A stretch of DNA of 44,537 nucleotides from an uncultured delta proteobacterium. Lineage in GTDB: Bacteria > Desulfobacterota > WTBG01 > CAIYCZ01. Numbering within the stretch: position 1 is the first letter of the stretch; each line of letters starts with the position of its first letter. Positions 28,993 through 40,545 of the stretch are shown here, piece after piece. The DNA is taken from the NCBI GenBank assembly GCA_963803975.1, contig CAWDOY010000052.1, positions 1 to 44,537 on the forward strand. The letters are read 5' to 3'. Under the pieces are notes generated by a model. It did not search any database, was not told the origin of the DNA, and saw only the letters and a program-made list of their open reading frames with translations. The position numbers and the translations under genes are program-made.

Positions 28993-30072
28993 ATGAGAAG
29001 CATATCCATAGGTCGCAGATCATTTATGCAGTGGGCAGGATTAACCAGCCTTGGTCTCAGCATGGGATTCCCTTTGCGCTCCCGGTGGGCTTTGGCAGGT
29101 GAGCCGGCGCGGACCAAAGCACTTGCCGGATGGAAGAAAAGAGCTGATGGTTACGAGTATTTTGTTCAAAACAATATCAAGACCAGCTGGCTTGATGACG
29201 GGTATCTTGCGGCAAAGCTTGACAACCGCTGGTGGATATATCCCACCGCGGCATATGAAGAGGAGTTTCATACCTGGTGGCTGCAGGAGAAAATGTATTA
29301 TTATGATGAACTGGAGAAGGCTATTCAAGAGGGAAGGGACCGCGTCGTGCCTAATGGCGGGCATCACCACCCCATGCTTGCAACCTACGGCGGCAAATAT
29401 TTAAATCGCGGCGATAGCGCGTTTCACCTCAACGTCACGCCAAAAGGCTACGCGCTGCTGCCCAAGGCAGCATATATACGGCAGATGATAAAAGATGTGG
29501 ATGAAATTTATGCCACATCCACCAATCTGCCTGCTGATGTTTTTAATTACCGCAGGGAAAATTACCGGCAGACAGAACTGTGGGATGCCAATAAATTTGC
29601 CACGCTTGAAGTTTACAGCGGACATCCAATTGATGATAAAGACCCCATGAAGCTGAGTTTCAAGGAAACCCATACCTTTCAGAATTTAATGGCAAACCCG
29701 ATGGCCACGCTCACCTTTATGTCCATCTATAACACCACGGGGGAACAGACCTATTTTTTTGGCGAAGAAGGACAGACCCCCACCTTTGAATTCAGAGGGT
29801 TCTGCTGGCTCATCAGCCCGTATAACCCTGATTTGACGCAATATGAAAGGGATGTGCTTGAATATCTGAACCAGGCGTTTTCGAAATATCACGGGTTGCG
29901 CAGTGATTTTATCGCCAACATTTTTGTTATCTGTGAGGAGTTTAACAATTCTCCGACTGATAGTGATAAATACGGGCTGGGCAAAAGAGTGGTACCGGCA
30001 CTCACCTATACCGGGACTGCAGGGAATAAAATAAAAGACAGGCTTGAGAAAAAGGGTAACCAAAGCAGATAA
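28993..30072 (+). CDS. Tat-exported hypothetical protein, possibly split-barrel flavin-binding-like
   Basis: AGGAGG RBS; GRRSFMQWAG twin-Arg signal; HTFQNLMANPMATLTF resembles PNPOx-like barrels (weak). Confidence 0.7.
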   Translation: MRSISIGRRSFMQWAGLTSLGLSMGFPLRSRWALAGEPARTKALAGWKKRADGYEYFVQNNIKTSWLDDGYLAAKLDNRWWIYPTAAYEEEFHTWWLQEKMYYYDELEKAIQEGRDRVVPNGGHHHPMLATYGGKYLNRGDSAFHLNVTPKGYALLPKAAYIRQMIKDVDEIYATSTNLPADVFNYRRENYRQTELWDANKFATLEVYSGHPIDDKDPMKLSFKETHTFQNLMANPMATLTFMSIYNTTGEQTYFFGEEGQTPTFEFRGFCWLISPYNPDLTQYERDVLEYLNQAFSKYHGLRSDFIANIFVICEEFNNSPTDSDKYGLGKRVVPALTYTGTAGNKIKDRLEKKGNQSR

Positions 30073-30136
30073 TTATATTATTGTGCTGCCGTACAGTTGC
30101 GGCGCTGGAAAGCTGACGTGCGGAGAGGTGTGTACC

Positions 30137-30185
30137 ATTAAAATAAAAGGGACTCAACCCCGAACTTAATGTTCAGGATTGAGCC
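30137..30185. repeat. 49-bp direct repeat, copy 2 (hairpin/terminator)
   Basis: ATTAAAATAAAAGGGACTCAACCCCGAACTTAATGTTCAGGATTGAGCC. Confidence 0.85.
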
Positions 30186-30287
30186 CTGCGGCTTCTTGAT
30201 GCCTGCTTAATTAGTGGATGTCCCCACTTTCTACCCTAAAGGTAGTGCGGCCCAAATAAAGCAGCCCGAAAAGGTAACGCTGAAAAT

Positions 30288-30330
30288 TAAAAGCCCCTGC
30301 TCACGAATCATGTTCGGGAGCAGGGGCCTT
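30288..30330 (-). terminator. Terminator downstream of tRNA-Ala
   Basis: GCCCCTGCTC / GAGCAGGGGC stem followed on the minus strand by TTTTAATTTT. Confidence 0.75.
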
Positions 30331-30335
30331 GTTTC

Positions 30336-30411
<76 letters not shown>

Positions 30412-30726
30412 AGGATAATACTGCATGATAGCTTTCAGCAGTCAGCTTTCAGCCATATATTTATACAACATTTATACCAGAACAGGCACGTTTGTCAAAG
30501 AGAAAAATGCAGCCCGCCTTCGCTGAAGCTGCGGCGCGGCAGGCAGGCACATAAGGCGAAGGCAGACAAAGGCTACGAGTGACGGTGCGAGTGGGAACGA
30601 GTGACGGGCCACGTGGTCACGAGTATCCCGAACTGCTGCCGGAGAAAAAGCTTGTCTTATTACTGCCAGGCGTTATAATTGTAATCCTGTATAAATAAAT
30701 GACCATTCAGACACAGGAGCCCGTTC

Positions 30727-31780
30727 TTGAACCGCACCGGGATTGTCCGCGACCAGCGATATCTTGAGCACAAAACTGGCGTCCATCACATAGAGATCCC
30801 CCAGCGTCTTGAGACCATCTACCATATGCTTGACTCTAACGGGTTTCAGGACGGATTCACCCTCATCCCTCCCCGCTATGCAACCCTTGAAGAACTTGAA
30901 ATGGTGCACGCGCCCTCCTACATCGAGCGCATCCTTGACACTGCGGGTGAGCCCCGGCGCTACCTTGATCCGGACACGATGACATCGGAGCGCTCCTGTG
31001 AGGCTGCGTTTCTTGCGGCCGGCGGGACGCTCGCAGCTGTGGAAACGGTTATGGCAGGGCGGGGTTGATAATGCCTTTGCCCTGGTCAGGCCTCCGGGCC
31101 ACCATGCTGAACGGGACCATCCCATGGGGTTCTGCCTGTTCAACAATATTGCTCTTGCAGCCGAATTCAGCCGCAGGCGCTACGGCCTGCGCAGAATCCT
31201 GATCGTGGACTGGGACGTCCACCATCCCAATGGCGTGCAGCATGCTTTTTATGACGACCCGGAGATTCTGCTCTTTTCAACCCACCGTCACCCGTTCTTT
31301 CCCGGCACCGGCGAAGCCACAGAAGTGGGCAAAGGAGCGGGCAGGGGGTTTACCGTAAATGTGCCGCTTCCGGCCCAGCGGGATGATACTGATTTTGGAA
31401 ATGTGTACCGGCATATACTGGTTCCCCTGGCACTTGAATTCAAGCCGCAGCTCATTCTCATATCCGCAGGGTTTGACACCCACGCGGATGACCCCATCGG
31501 CGGCATGCGCGTAACGGACCGGGGGTTTGCCCGGATTGCTGATATAATTCTTGATATTGCACGCAAGACCTGCGGGGGGAAAGTTGCTGCGGTGCTTGAA
31601 GGGGGCTATGATCTTGCTGCGCTCAGGCGCTCGGTGAAAGCGGTGCTGCAGACGCTGCGGGATGGTTCCTGCCCGGACCCGCAGCAGTTTATGGAAAAAG
31701 AGGATGCCCATTACCTGCGCATGCAGGAAATAATTGAAGAGATAAAAAAAATCAACCGGCCGTTCTGGAAATGTTTCTAA
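30727..31780 (+). CDS. Histone-deacetylase-family (AcuC-like) Zn-dependent deacetylase; frameshift near 31060
   Basis: HIEIPQRL, RPPGHHAE, GFCLFNN, DWDVHHPNG, SAGFD, DDPIGG, LEGGY. Confidence 0.92.
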
Positions 31781-31821
31781 GATGAGCACCCTTGATTATA
31801 CCTTAAAGCCACACAACCCCG

Positions 31822-33514
31822 ATGCCAACCTTGAAAGATTATGAAGCGCTCTACCGGAGCTTTCGCTGGGATGATGCCGGCAGTGCGTTTGACTGGCACA
31901 CCACCGGAAGCGTAAATATCGGCTACGAAGCAATAGACCTGCACGCTGATAATCCTGCAACGGCTGATGCAGTTTGCCTCAGCTATTCCCACGGCCGGAG
32001 AAAAGAAAGAATAACCTACCGGCAGATGAAGGAACTCTCCGGCAGATGCGGCACCATGCTGCGCCGGCTCGGGGCGCAAAAGGGCGACCGGGTATTTTTG
32101 TTCCTGCCGCGGATTCCGGAATTTTATATTGCGCTGGCAGCGTGCGCAAAAATCGGGGCGATTATTGCGCCCCTGTACAGCGAGTACCGGGACAGCGCGG
32201 TCAAGGACCGCATGCTCGATGGCCGGGGAAAAGTTCTTATTACTACCCCGCAGTATCTTGCCCGGGTGCCGGTTAATGAGCTTCCTGATCTTCACACAAT
32301 AATTTTAACCGGCACTCCCCGCGACACGGCCGGCCCGGGGACCGTATGGTGGCAGGAAGAGATGGCGCAGGATACCCCGGAACTTGCGATTGAGTGGGTT
32401 GACCCTCAGGCACCGCTGCTGCTCATCTACACCTCAGGCCCTACGGGAAAGCCCATCGGCCTGCTCCATCCCCATGACAGCATGCGCGGCTACCGTGCAA
32501 CCTCCCGCTGGGTGCTCGATCTCAAGGATGGGGATGTGCTGTGGACCCAGGCAGAGCCGGGCTGGCTGATGAATGTTGTGTACAGCGCATTTGCACCGTG
32601 GCTGTGCGGGGTCGAGAGCGTTATCACCGGGAAGATTAACACGGTAGAGGAGTGTTACCGCCTCATCGAGGAGCATAAGATAACCGTGCTCTACACTATT
32701 CCCACCATTTACCGGATGATAGCTGATGGGAGCAGAGGATGCCGCCCGCCGCTATTCTATAGAGAGTCTCCGGCACCTGTTGAGCGCCCTTGAACCACTC
32801 ACGCCCGAGCTTATTTACAGCGTTATGCGCATTCTGGGACTGCCGGTTCACGACACCTGGTGGACCGCTGAAACAGGCATGATCACCATTGCGAATTTTC
32901 CCAGCGTACCTATCAAGCCGGGATATCTGGGCCGGCCGTGCCCCGGTATCAGTGTCGCAATACTTGATGCCGACGGCAAAGACCTGCCGCCGTTTACCAT
33001 GGGAGAAATCGCCCTCGGCGGCGGATGGCCGGCACTGTTTAACGGGATCTGGGGAAATGACGATCGCTACCGTCAGTACTTCACTAAAAAGCCCTGGTTC
33101 ATTTCCGGGGACCGGGCCTTTATTGACTTCAACGGTTACTTTTTTTATCAGGGCAGGGCGGATGATGTCATCATCACCTCGGGAGGAAGAATCGGGCCCG
33201 CTGAAATTGAGCATGTCCTTGCTTTGCATCCGGCCATAGCTGAAGCCGGCGTGATCCGCATCCCTGATGAGACCGGCGTCAAGAAGGTAAAGGCCTTCGT
33301 CTGCTTAAAGCCGGCCTACCAGCCGACAGATATTCTCAAGGCAAAAATCATTTCCTATGTAGAGAACCAGCTATCCCCGGAAACTGCTCCCCGGGAAATT
33401 GAATTCTGCGACAGCCTGCCAAAGACGAGCAGCGGAAAAATTCTCCGGCGGGTGCTCAAAGCGTGGGAGTGGAAACTTCCGACGGGAAATATCGCGGCGC
33501 TGAGGGATGAATAA
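31822..33514 (+). CDS. Acetate-CoA ligase-like AMP-forming acyl-CoA synthetase (divergent); frameshift near 32730
   Basis: NIGYEAID.H, YTSGPTGKPIG, DTWWTAETG, GRADDVI, LPKTSSGKILRRVLKAWE. Confidence 0.88.
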
Positions 33515-33825
33515 AGGGTTCGAGTGGCCAAGGGGTCGAGGGGATGGGGATTTGGGGTTTGTGATCTCGTGACCAGTGACTCGGGATTCGGGGTTCGTGA
33601 CCAGTGAAACGCAGATGACAGAGAACAGACTTTCAGAAGTCAGACACCTCTTAACCTTTTAACCTCTTTTCCTATTCACCTCTTCACCGACTTTTCTTTG
33701 TGCCTTTGTGCCTTCTGCCTCTTCACCTATTCACCGATACATTCCGCATTGCCACTGTTGCCTTTTGCCTGCTTCTTTGTCCAATCACTTGACCCCTTGA
33801 ATCCTGGAACCCTTGAACCCTTCTG
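33515..33825. repeat. Intergenic array of short degenerate tandem repeats with inverted outer arms
   Basis: AGGGTTCGAG..GGGGTCGAG on the left versus CTTGACCCC..CTTGAACCCT on the right; internal GTGACCA, GGGATTC, TTCACCT units. Confidence 0.7.
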
Positions 33826-33827
33826 TT

Positions 33828-35160
33828 TTATTTCGCCATCTTCTCTTTTGCTTTGGAGACGAGAGAGGCCCAGGTGCCCATATCTGCGGTGCGCATGATT
33901 TTAAGCTTTTCAATTAAGGGCTGCGGCAGGCCGGGCAGGGTCAGGAAATAGTCCACCAGGCCGTTGGTGTAGTCATAGGGGTTTGCCTCCAGTGTTTCCG
34001 CCACCAGCGGCTGTTTGGCACCGAGATCAAACAGCAGATCCAGCTCGTCCGGCGTGATGAAGCGGAAGATAAGGGAGCGCTTGGTGTAATCAGCCATGCG
34101 CAGGGGGTTCGTGTTCCACTCAAAGGTCGAATTCCACCATCTGGTATAGCCGGCAAATCCGTCCTTTCCCGCAAGCTCATCAACCATCGCTTTGGCCGCC
34201 ATGTAGCCGCACATGGTTGCGCCCTGGTAGAGAGTTTCCGCAAAAGCAGCCGCATCGCTCACCAGGAGCACATTGCCCCGGTACGGGACCTTGATGGGTG
34301 CTGCTATGCCCACAATGGCGCCGGTCTTCTCCACAATACGGGCGTTCTTGAACCACTTTGCCAGCGCGCCGTCGTGAATCATGAATTCAATAATTCTGGT
34401 CGCCATCTCCGCGGGAATGGGGGAGAGGGTCTCGACCCGGTAGGCTTTCTTGCTGCGCATGCTCGGGATCATGATGACCGCTGCCGACAGGCCGATATTC
34501 TTTTCGCCAAAAATAAAAATATCACCCCGGTCGTACGGCACATCAAGGTTATCCATCTCATATTCAACGGTGCAGCCCTTGCCGAAAAAAGCCCTGCCCC
34601 GGTTAAACCCGAGGTTGTGCGCGATCCGCGACTGCAGCCCGTCTGAGGCGATCAGCTTGCTGCAGGTGAGGGTGCTGGTGGAGCCGTCTTTGCGAATGGT
34701 TACTTCAACGCCCTGCGCCAGTTCCTTAACCTTCAGCACCAGCGTGTTGGTAAAGAACGGCACTCCTGCCTTCTGCGCTTCCCCGTAGCGGTCGGAGAGC
34801 CATTTGGTGGGATTAAAAAGGTTGAACAGGGGTTTCAGGGTGCTGGTGATCTGCAGGTGCTTTTGCGAATGGGAAACGATGTGGGTATGGTGGATGGGCT
34901 CCAGAAGCCCTGAATAATCGATGGTGAAGCCGCATTTCTTGTAATGGATCTTTGTGTTTTTCCCCACCGGCTCCAGGCTGATGTACTCGCCGTTCATCTC
35001 CTGATCGGTGATAAAATATCCGGATGCGCTGCGGAAATTTTTCGCATAGATCCGTCTTTTTATCAATGCCCAGTACATTGACGCCTGCCTTTTTAAGCTC
35101 TGTTGCCGCCTTCAATCCCGCGGGACCGCATCCCACTACGATGACATCATAATGAGCCAT
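33828..35160 (-). CDS. Geranylgeranyl-reductase-like FAD-dependent oxidoreductase; frameshift near 35045
   Basis: MAHYDVIVVGCGPAG, LIASDGLQS, LLVSDAA, YTRWW; paralog of 16706-18028. Confidence 0.8.
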
Positions 35161-35283
35161 AGATTCCTGCTCCTTTCGTATGCAAAAAATATTTACAATT
35201 TGAAATATTATAAAATTAATTTTCTGCTGCGGTCAAGGTTTTTCTTGAACGATTCCGGGAGGTATGGCTGATTCCGGCGAAAT

Positions 35284-36636
35284 TTATTTCAGTTCTTTTG
35301 CAACGGCTTTTTCAAGCTTGGCCCGGGCAATATTGTAATCGCACAGGGCATTGTTGTAATTCATGCGGGCCTGTGAGAGCAGCGTCTGGGCATCGAGCAC
35401 ATCGGTGGTGGTTGCCACCTGCTGGTCAAAGCGCTCTTTATAGATACGGAAATTTTCTTCTGCCTGGGAAATGGCATCGCGGGCAACGCCTATATTTTCA
35501 TGGGTTTCCCCGGTTTCGAGAAAGGCGGACTTTACTTCGAGGTTGATGCCATCGACTATTTCCTTGCGCGCCTCCTGCGCGCGCTGCATCTTTACCCGGT
35601 TCTCGCCCACCTGATGATAGGTTTTTCCCCATTCCCAGAATGTCCACTGCAGGCTGATGCTCACATCCCATGAGGCGGCCTGCTGAAACTCGCTGCCGCT
35701 CACGCCCGGCTCATCCCCCTGCAGGTTGTAATTGTAGACAAGATACGACTTGGGGAAATAGCTGCTTTTGGCCAGGTCAACGCCGCGCTCGGCCTGTTTT
35801 ATGGTGTAGTCAATCTGCTTCAGCAGCGGCCGGTTCTGCAAAGCAAGCGCCTGGCAGTCAGGGAGCGCCAGGTGTATTGGCGCGTCAATGACGGCATCCG
35901 CTACCTCAACGGGAGTGTTGACATCCTGGTGCAGGACCGTGTTCAAAGAGGCCTTGGATATGGCCACACCGTTATCCGCGCGAATCAGGTCCTGCCGTGC
36001 CTGGGCCAGCCGCACCTGCGCCTCAAGCAGATCATTCTTGGCAATCATCTCCTGTTCGAAAAAGTTGCGCGCCATCTGCTCATGGGAGCGGATCTGCTCG
36101 ACTGCCTGCGCTGCCACGGTGCGCATTTTCTCCGCCTTGAGAACGGTAAAGTAGGTGGCTTTAACGTTGAGGATGATATCTTCCCGGGCAATCATCGAGC
36201 GCGCCTTTGCCACATCAACGCCCAGCTGCTCCAGCCGGTACTGGTTGAACAGAGCACCGCCGGTAAAAAGCGGCTGGACCAGTCCGGCGCGGAATTTATA
36301 GACCTTGCCGGGACCGACTTCCACCTTGTTCCCGGTCACCAGACTCTGCAGCGCGGAATTCTGCGTTGAAACAAACCGCATCTCCGGCGGCTGATCGAGC
36401 TTGGTGTAGGAGTAGTCAGTGCTCATCTTGGGGAAAAAATCAGCCCGGGCTGCTTCCTGCCGGTGGCCGGCCTCGCTTACGCCGAGCTTTGCGGAGTTGA
36501 GCATCGGGCTTTTTTCAAGGGCAAGGGAAACAGCCTTATCCAGAGTCAACACGGGAGCGCTTTCCCCGGCGCCAGCCGCGCTGGCGCTGAGCACTATCAA
36601 TGCACATAAACAGCAGGCTATCCTAAAGTATTTCAT
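35284..36636 (-). CDS. TolC-family outer membrane efflux protein
   Basis: Signal peptide; LTLDKAVSLALEKSP, QPLFTGG, DVLDAQTLL. Confidence 0.93.
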   Translation of the reverse strand: MKYFRIACCLCALIVLSASAAGAGESAPVLTLDKAVSLALEKSPMLNSAKLGVSEAGHRQEAARADFFPKMSTDYSYTKLDQPPEMRFVSTQNSALQSLVTGNKVEVGPGKVYKFRAGLVQPLFTGGALFNQYRLEQLGVDVAKARSMIAREDIILNVKATYFTVLKAEKMRTVAAQAVEQIRSHEQMARNFFEQEMIAKNDLLEAQVRLAQARQDLIRADNGVAISKASLNTVLHQDVNTPVEVADAVIDAPIHLALPDCQALALQNRPLLKQIDYTIKQAERGVDLAKSSYFPKSYLVYNYNLQGDEPGVSGSEFQQAASWDVSISLQWTFWEWGKTYHQVGENRVKMQRAQEARKEIVDGINLEVKSAFLETGETHENIGVARDAISQAEENFRIYKERFDQQVATTTDVLDAQTLLSQARMNYNNALCDYNIARAKLEKAVAKELK

Positions 36637-36656
36637 AGTAAAATTCCTTTTGAATG

Positions 36657-36742
36657 GTGAAACGTGGAAAGGTGAAAGGTGAAAGGTGAAAGGTGAAAGT
36701 GACAAATATCATTTCACGTTTCCCATTTCACTTTTCACATCT
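36657..36742. repeat. Heptamer (GTGAAAG)n array and its inverted counterpart
   Basis: GTGAAAGGTGAAAGGTGAAAGGTGAAAG followed by TTTCACG/TTTCACT/TTTCACA units. Confidence 0.85.
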
Positions 36743-38309
36743 TCAATGTATCGGCACTTTCACCCCGCCGTTATTTTTGTTTGGCTCCCGCACAAAAAGA
36801 CCAAACAAAATTACCGCGATAACCAGCAGCCCCAGCCACATAATGCCGCTCTGTATCGCATAGCTGTACGCCTTGGCGGTGGTGAAGAGCTCAAGCAGTT
36901 TCAAAGCTTTTTTTTCGATGAGGAGCTGCGGCGTTCCCTGTGAATAGAGATAACCGGAGAGCCCCCGCAGGGCATTCATCGCCGCAACATTGCCGTAGTT
37001 CAAATATTTTCCGAACGAGTCAAAATACATATCCGCCCGCCGCTCCATGATCGTGACCGCGATGGCAGTGCCGATGCTGCCGGCAAGCAGCCGGGAAACA
37101 TTCTGCGCGCACGATACCAGGTTCAGCTTTTCCCGCGGCACTTCATTAAACCCGATCTGCTGTATGGGCGGGAAACAGAATGCCATGGGAATATTCCAGA
37201 ACAGCCAGTACCAGATCACGGTGCTGCGTTCCGTGTACAGGTCTATGGAGCTTAAATTCCAGCAGGCGATAAGCATGAGCACTGCAGAGGTTAAGAAATA
37301 ATTTTTTAGGGCTGTATTTGTCGCTCAGTATGCCTGCCGCAAGCACGCCGAAACCGGCCAGAATTGAGCCCGGCAGCATGGTGAGGCCCGCGGTAAGGGT
37401 GGTAAACTGCCGGAAGCGCTCAAGATACATGGGGATCAGGAGAAAGATGCCGTAGATGGACATGCTGAAAATAAACATGCAGATAAAGCTCATGGTAAAA
37501 TCGCGGTAGCGAAATACCCGCAGGTCAAAGAGCGGCTCTTTGCGCTTTAATTGAATGCCGATGAACAGGGGAAAGCTTATCAAAAAAACTGCTATCAGGA
37601 GCAGGATGTAATCGGACTGCAGCCAGCCTTTTTCCTGGCCTTTGCTCAGAAACGTGATCAGAGAGCCGAAGGCTATGGCCATGGTGAGAAACCCCGGCAA
37701 ATCAAAGGAGCGGGCCTTTTCATGCTCGGGGCTGGTCTCGCGCAGCAGCACAATGGTGAGAAAGATGCCGATGATGCCGATGGGAACATTCACGTAAAAA
37801 ATCCAGCGCCAGCTCAAATGCTCGGTGATGATGCCGCCCAGCGTCGGCCCCAGCGCCGGTGCGCAGCTCGCCCCGAGCCCGTAGACCCCCAGGGCTGTTC
37901 CGCGCTCTTCATCAGGGAACACCTCGCAGAGTATGGTCATGCCGATGGGAACGATAATGCCCTCGCCCAGCCCCTGCATGAACCGGGAGAAGTTCATAAA
38001 GCCGATGCTCGTGGCCTGCCCGCACAGAATGGAAAAAAAGGTAAAGATGGCCAGCCCGACGAGATAGGTGTTGCGGTGCCCGATTTTCGCGCCCAGCCAT
38101 TCAACGCTGGTCATGGCAATGGCCGCGGCCGTGAGATAGGAGATAACCACCCACTGGACGCCGTAGGTGTCGGTGTTCATGGAGGACATCATCTTGGGCA
38201 GCACGATGTTAACAATGGTCGCGTCAAGCAGGGCGATAAAAATCCCTATCATGACAATACCGGCTGCCAGCCACTTGTTCATGGCTGGTTTGTGCTGGGT
38301 GGTATCCAT
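36743..38309 (-). CDS. DHA2-family MFS efflux permease (EmrB-like); frameshift near 37290
   Basis: FIALLDATIVNIVLP, WVVISYL, APALGPTLGG, WRWIFYVNVPIG, PLFDLRVF. Confidence 0.92.
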
Positions 38310-38327
38310 GGTGCGCGGCTGGCCGTA

Positions 38328-39437
38328 TCAGTTCAGTTTAATGTTGACGGTTACCGAATAGCCGGGCTTTAAAAGGCGCTCCGGATCATCGGTAATGGCG
38401 ATTTTGATGGGTATCCGCTGCACCACCTTGGTAAATTCTCCGGTGGTGGTGTCCCGGGGGATGAGCATGAACTTTGCTCCCGAGGCTTCGCCTATTTTTA
38501 TAACTTTGCCGTGAAACGTTTTGCGCGGGTACGCGTCCACGTCGAGATCAACGCTCTGGCCGAGCTGCACGCCCTGCATTTTTGTTTCTTCAAGATGCGC
38601 CCGCACAAACACGTTATCAATGTCATAGACGCTGAATACCGGAAAGCCGGGGTTGGCATAGTCTCCGGCAAAGATAAACTTTTTGGCCACCGTGCCGTTT
38701 ACCGGGCTTTTGAGCCGGGTGTGATCGAGGTTGAGCCGGGCAATGGCAAGCGCCTTTTCTGTTTCCTTAATGGACTGCTCCTGCGCTGCCAGAGTTTTTT
38801 CCAGCTCGGTTACGGTAAGTTTTGCCGTGACCGCCTTTTTGTTGGTGGAGCGGGCCACCTCTACCGCGGCTGACGCCGCGTGCACACCGGCGTCGGCACC
38901 TTCTTGCTGTGCCTGCATCATATCAAAGCGGGTCTTGGGCACGCTTTTAGTCCGGTATAAATTTTCTATCCGCGGATAATCTTTCCGCACCTGGTCATAG
39001 TCTGCACGGGCTTTCTGCAGCCCAGCCTGGGCCTGTTTGATGCCATCTTCTGAAATGATGATGTCGTGGCCCACCATCTCACGGGCCTTCTGCAGGGTGA
39101 CCATGGTGACCTCAACCGCCCGCTTGATCTGCTCCAGCTTTGCCTCATACATCTCAACCTGCGCCTGATAGTCCGCCGGGTCAAGCAGTGCAAGCATCTG
39201 GTCTTTTTTAATAACATCTGATTCATCCGCCAGCAGCTGCTTTATATGGCCGGGCACCCGGGGGCTCACGTTGATGAGGTCTGATTCAACAAACGCATCA
39301 TCAGTGATGGCATGGGTAAACCGGTAGGAGAGCCAGCTGCTGCCGAAGATTATCACGGCCACCAGCACGGCAAGACCGATACCAGCGGCAACTCTGTTCT
39401 GACGATTCATTCCGTTCCAGGTTTGTTTCATATTCAC
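38328..39437 (-). CDS. HlyD/EmrA-family membrane fusion protein
   Basis: TDDAFVESDLINVSPRVPG, TGEFTKVVQRIPIKI, LKPGYSV. Confidence 0.93.
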   Translation of the reverse strand: MNMKQTWNGMNRQNRVAAGIGLAVLVAVIIFGSSWLSYRFTHAITDDAFVESDLINVSPRVPGHIKQLLADESDVIKKDQMLALLDPADYQAQVEMYEAKLEQIKRAVEVTMVTLQKAREMVGHDIIISEDGIKQAQAGLQKARADYDQVRKDYPRIENLYRTKSVPKTRFDMMQAQQEGADAGVHAASAAVEVARSTNKKAVTAKLTVTELEKTLAAQEQSIKETEKALAIARLNLDHTRLKSPVNGTVAKKFIFAGDYANPGFPVFSVYDIDNVFVRAHLEETKMQGVQLGQSVDLDVDAYPRKTFHGKVIKIGEASGAKFMLIPRDTTTGEFTKVVQRIPIKIAITDDPERLLKPGYSVTVNIKLN

Positions 39438-39462
39438 GGTACCAGCTCCTGTAGAAGGTTTA

Positions 39463-40053
39463 TTAGCAACGGGTGAAAAGGCTCATGATATGAGCGTGAA
39501 TCGCGTTTCGGGAGGAGAGTTGGCAGCTCCGGCTGTTGAGAGCTGCTGCACCACCCGTCCCTGGGAAAAATGAAACATAAGTATGGCAATCAGCGACAGG
39601 GAGCACAGCTCGGGATCTGATTGACTGGCGAAATGCGCCTGCCGGATGCCGTCCCTGAAAAACTGCGCCATCTGAACGTGCATGTCGGAGAAATATTTTT
39701 TCGTGAGAAGCTCCACAAAGCGACCCTCTCCGGTGGTTTCGCGCTGAATAAGATAAAACATCTCCGGGTTGCTGCGGAATGTTTCATCGTAGAGGTCGAT
39801 GATCCTGCCCAGGACAACGGTATGGCTCCCGTTCGGACTGCAGCACAGCGAGCAGACCCTCATGGAGGGTGCCGATGTGCGTCTCCAGAAGGTGCAGGTA
39901 GAGGTCCTTTTTATTCTTAAAATGGTAGTAGATCATGGGCTTGGTGAGACGCGCTGATTCTGCGATTTCCCGCATGGACGCGCCGTCGTAGCCCTTTTTG
40001 GAAAAAACCCTGATGGCGGCTTTCAGCACTTTTTCTTTCGAGGTGAGAGCCAT
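39463..40053 (-). CDS. TetR/AcrR family regulator (frameshifted; 3' end approximate)
   Basis: KVLKAAIRVFSKKGYDGASMREIAESARLTKPMIYYHFKNKKDLY; C-terminal part in ORF 39483-39863. Confidence 0.85.
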
Positions 40054-40152
40054 GGCTTTTGTAAGTTATGGAGTTGTGAAGTTGCGGAGTTAAGGAAACG
40101 GGATTTTATATTTTTAATAACTCTTAAACTCCCCACTCCTCAACTCCCGAAC

Positions 40153-40206
40153 TTTTATTTACTTACCGGTAGGTAAGTAAATAAAATAAAAAAAAGAGCG
40201 TGTCAA
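40153..40206 (-). promoter_or_regulatory. TetR operator overlapping the efflux-operon promoter
   Basis: Perfect 15-bp inverted repeat TTTTATTTACTTACC-GGTA-GGTAAGTAAATAAAA (40153-40186); TTGACA on the minus strand at 40206-40201. Confidence 0.8.
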
Positions 40207-40215
40207 GAAAATAGT

Positions 40216-40545
40216 TTATTCTGACTCATCACGGGTAACGCTTCTGCGCACCTTTTTTTTCCGCGCCGTCAGCTTTTTACCGAGCAGGCGGCGCTCCGCA
40301 ACTGCTGACGGGGCAGCGGTTTTAATCCGCGGCTTCTTCCGCAGGGAGCGCTTCCTGAGCTTCTCATGCAGGCGCTCTAATGCCAGGGCGCGATTTTGCG
40401 CCTGGGACCTGAATTCAGTGGCACCAGCGGTGATGCCGGTCGGGAGGTGCGTCATGCGCACTGCGGTCTCAACCTTATTTTTTCGCTGGCCGCCAGGGCC
40501 GCTGCTGCGGTAAAATTGGATTTTTAAATCGCGTTTCGGAATCAC
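40216..40545 (-). CDS. Short peptide-chain-release-factor-like GGQ protein (ArfB-like ribosome rescue factor)
   Basis: FYRSSGPGGQRKNKVETAVR..RSQAQNR and a basic C-terminal tail. Confidence 0.85.
   Translation of the reverse strand: MIPKRDLKIQFYRSSGPGGQRKNKVETAVRMTHLPTGITAGATEFRSQAQNRALALERLHEKLRKRSLRKKPRIKTAAPSAVAERRLLGKKLTARKKKVRRSVTRDESE

Noticed and set aside
36657..36742. CRISPR array (also considered for 27190-27405, 33515-33825 and the 49-bp repeats)
   Set aside because: Units are 7-8 nt without unique spacers, or only two copies 1.5 kb apart; no cas genes.
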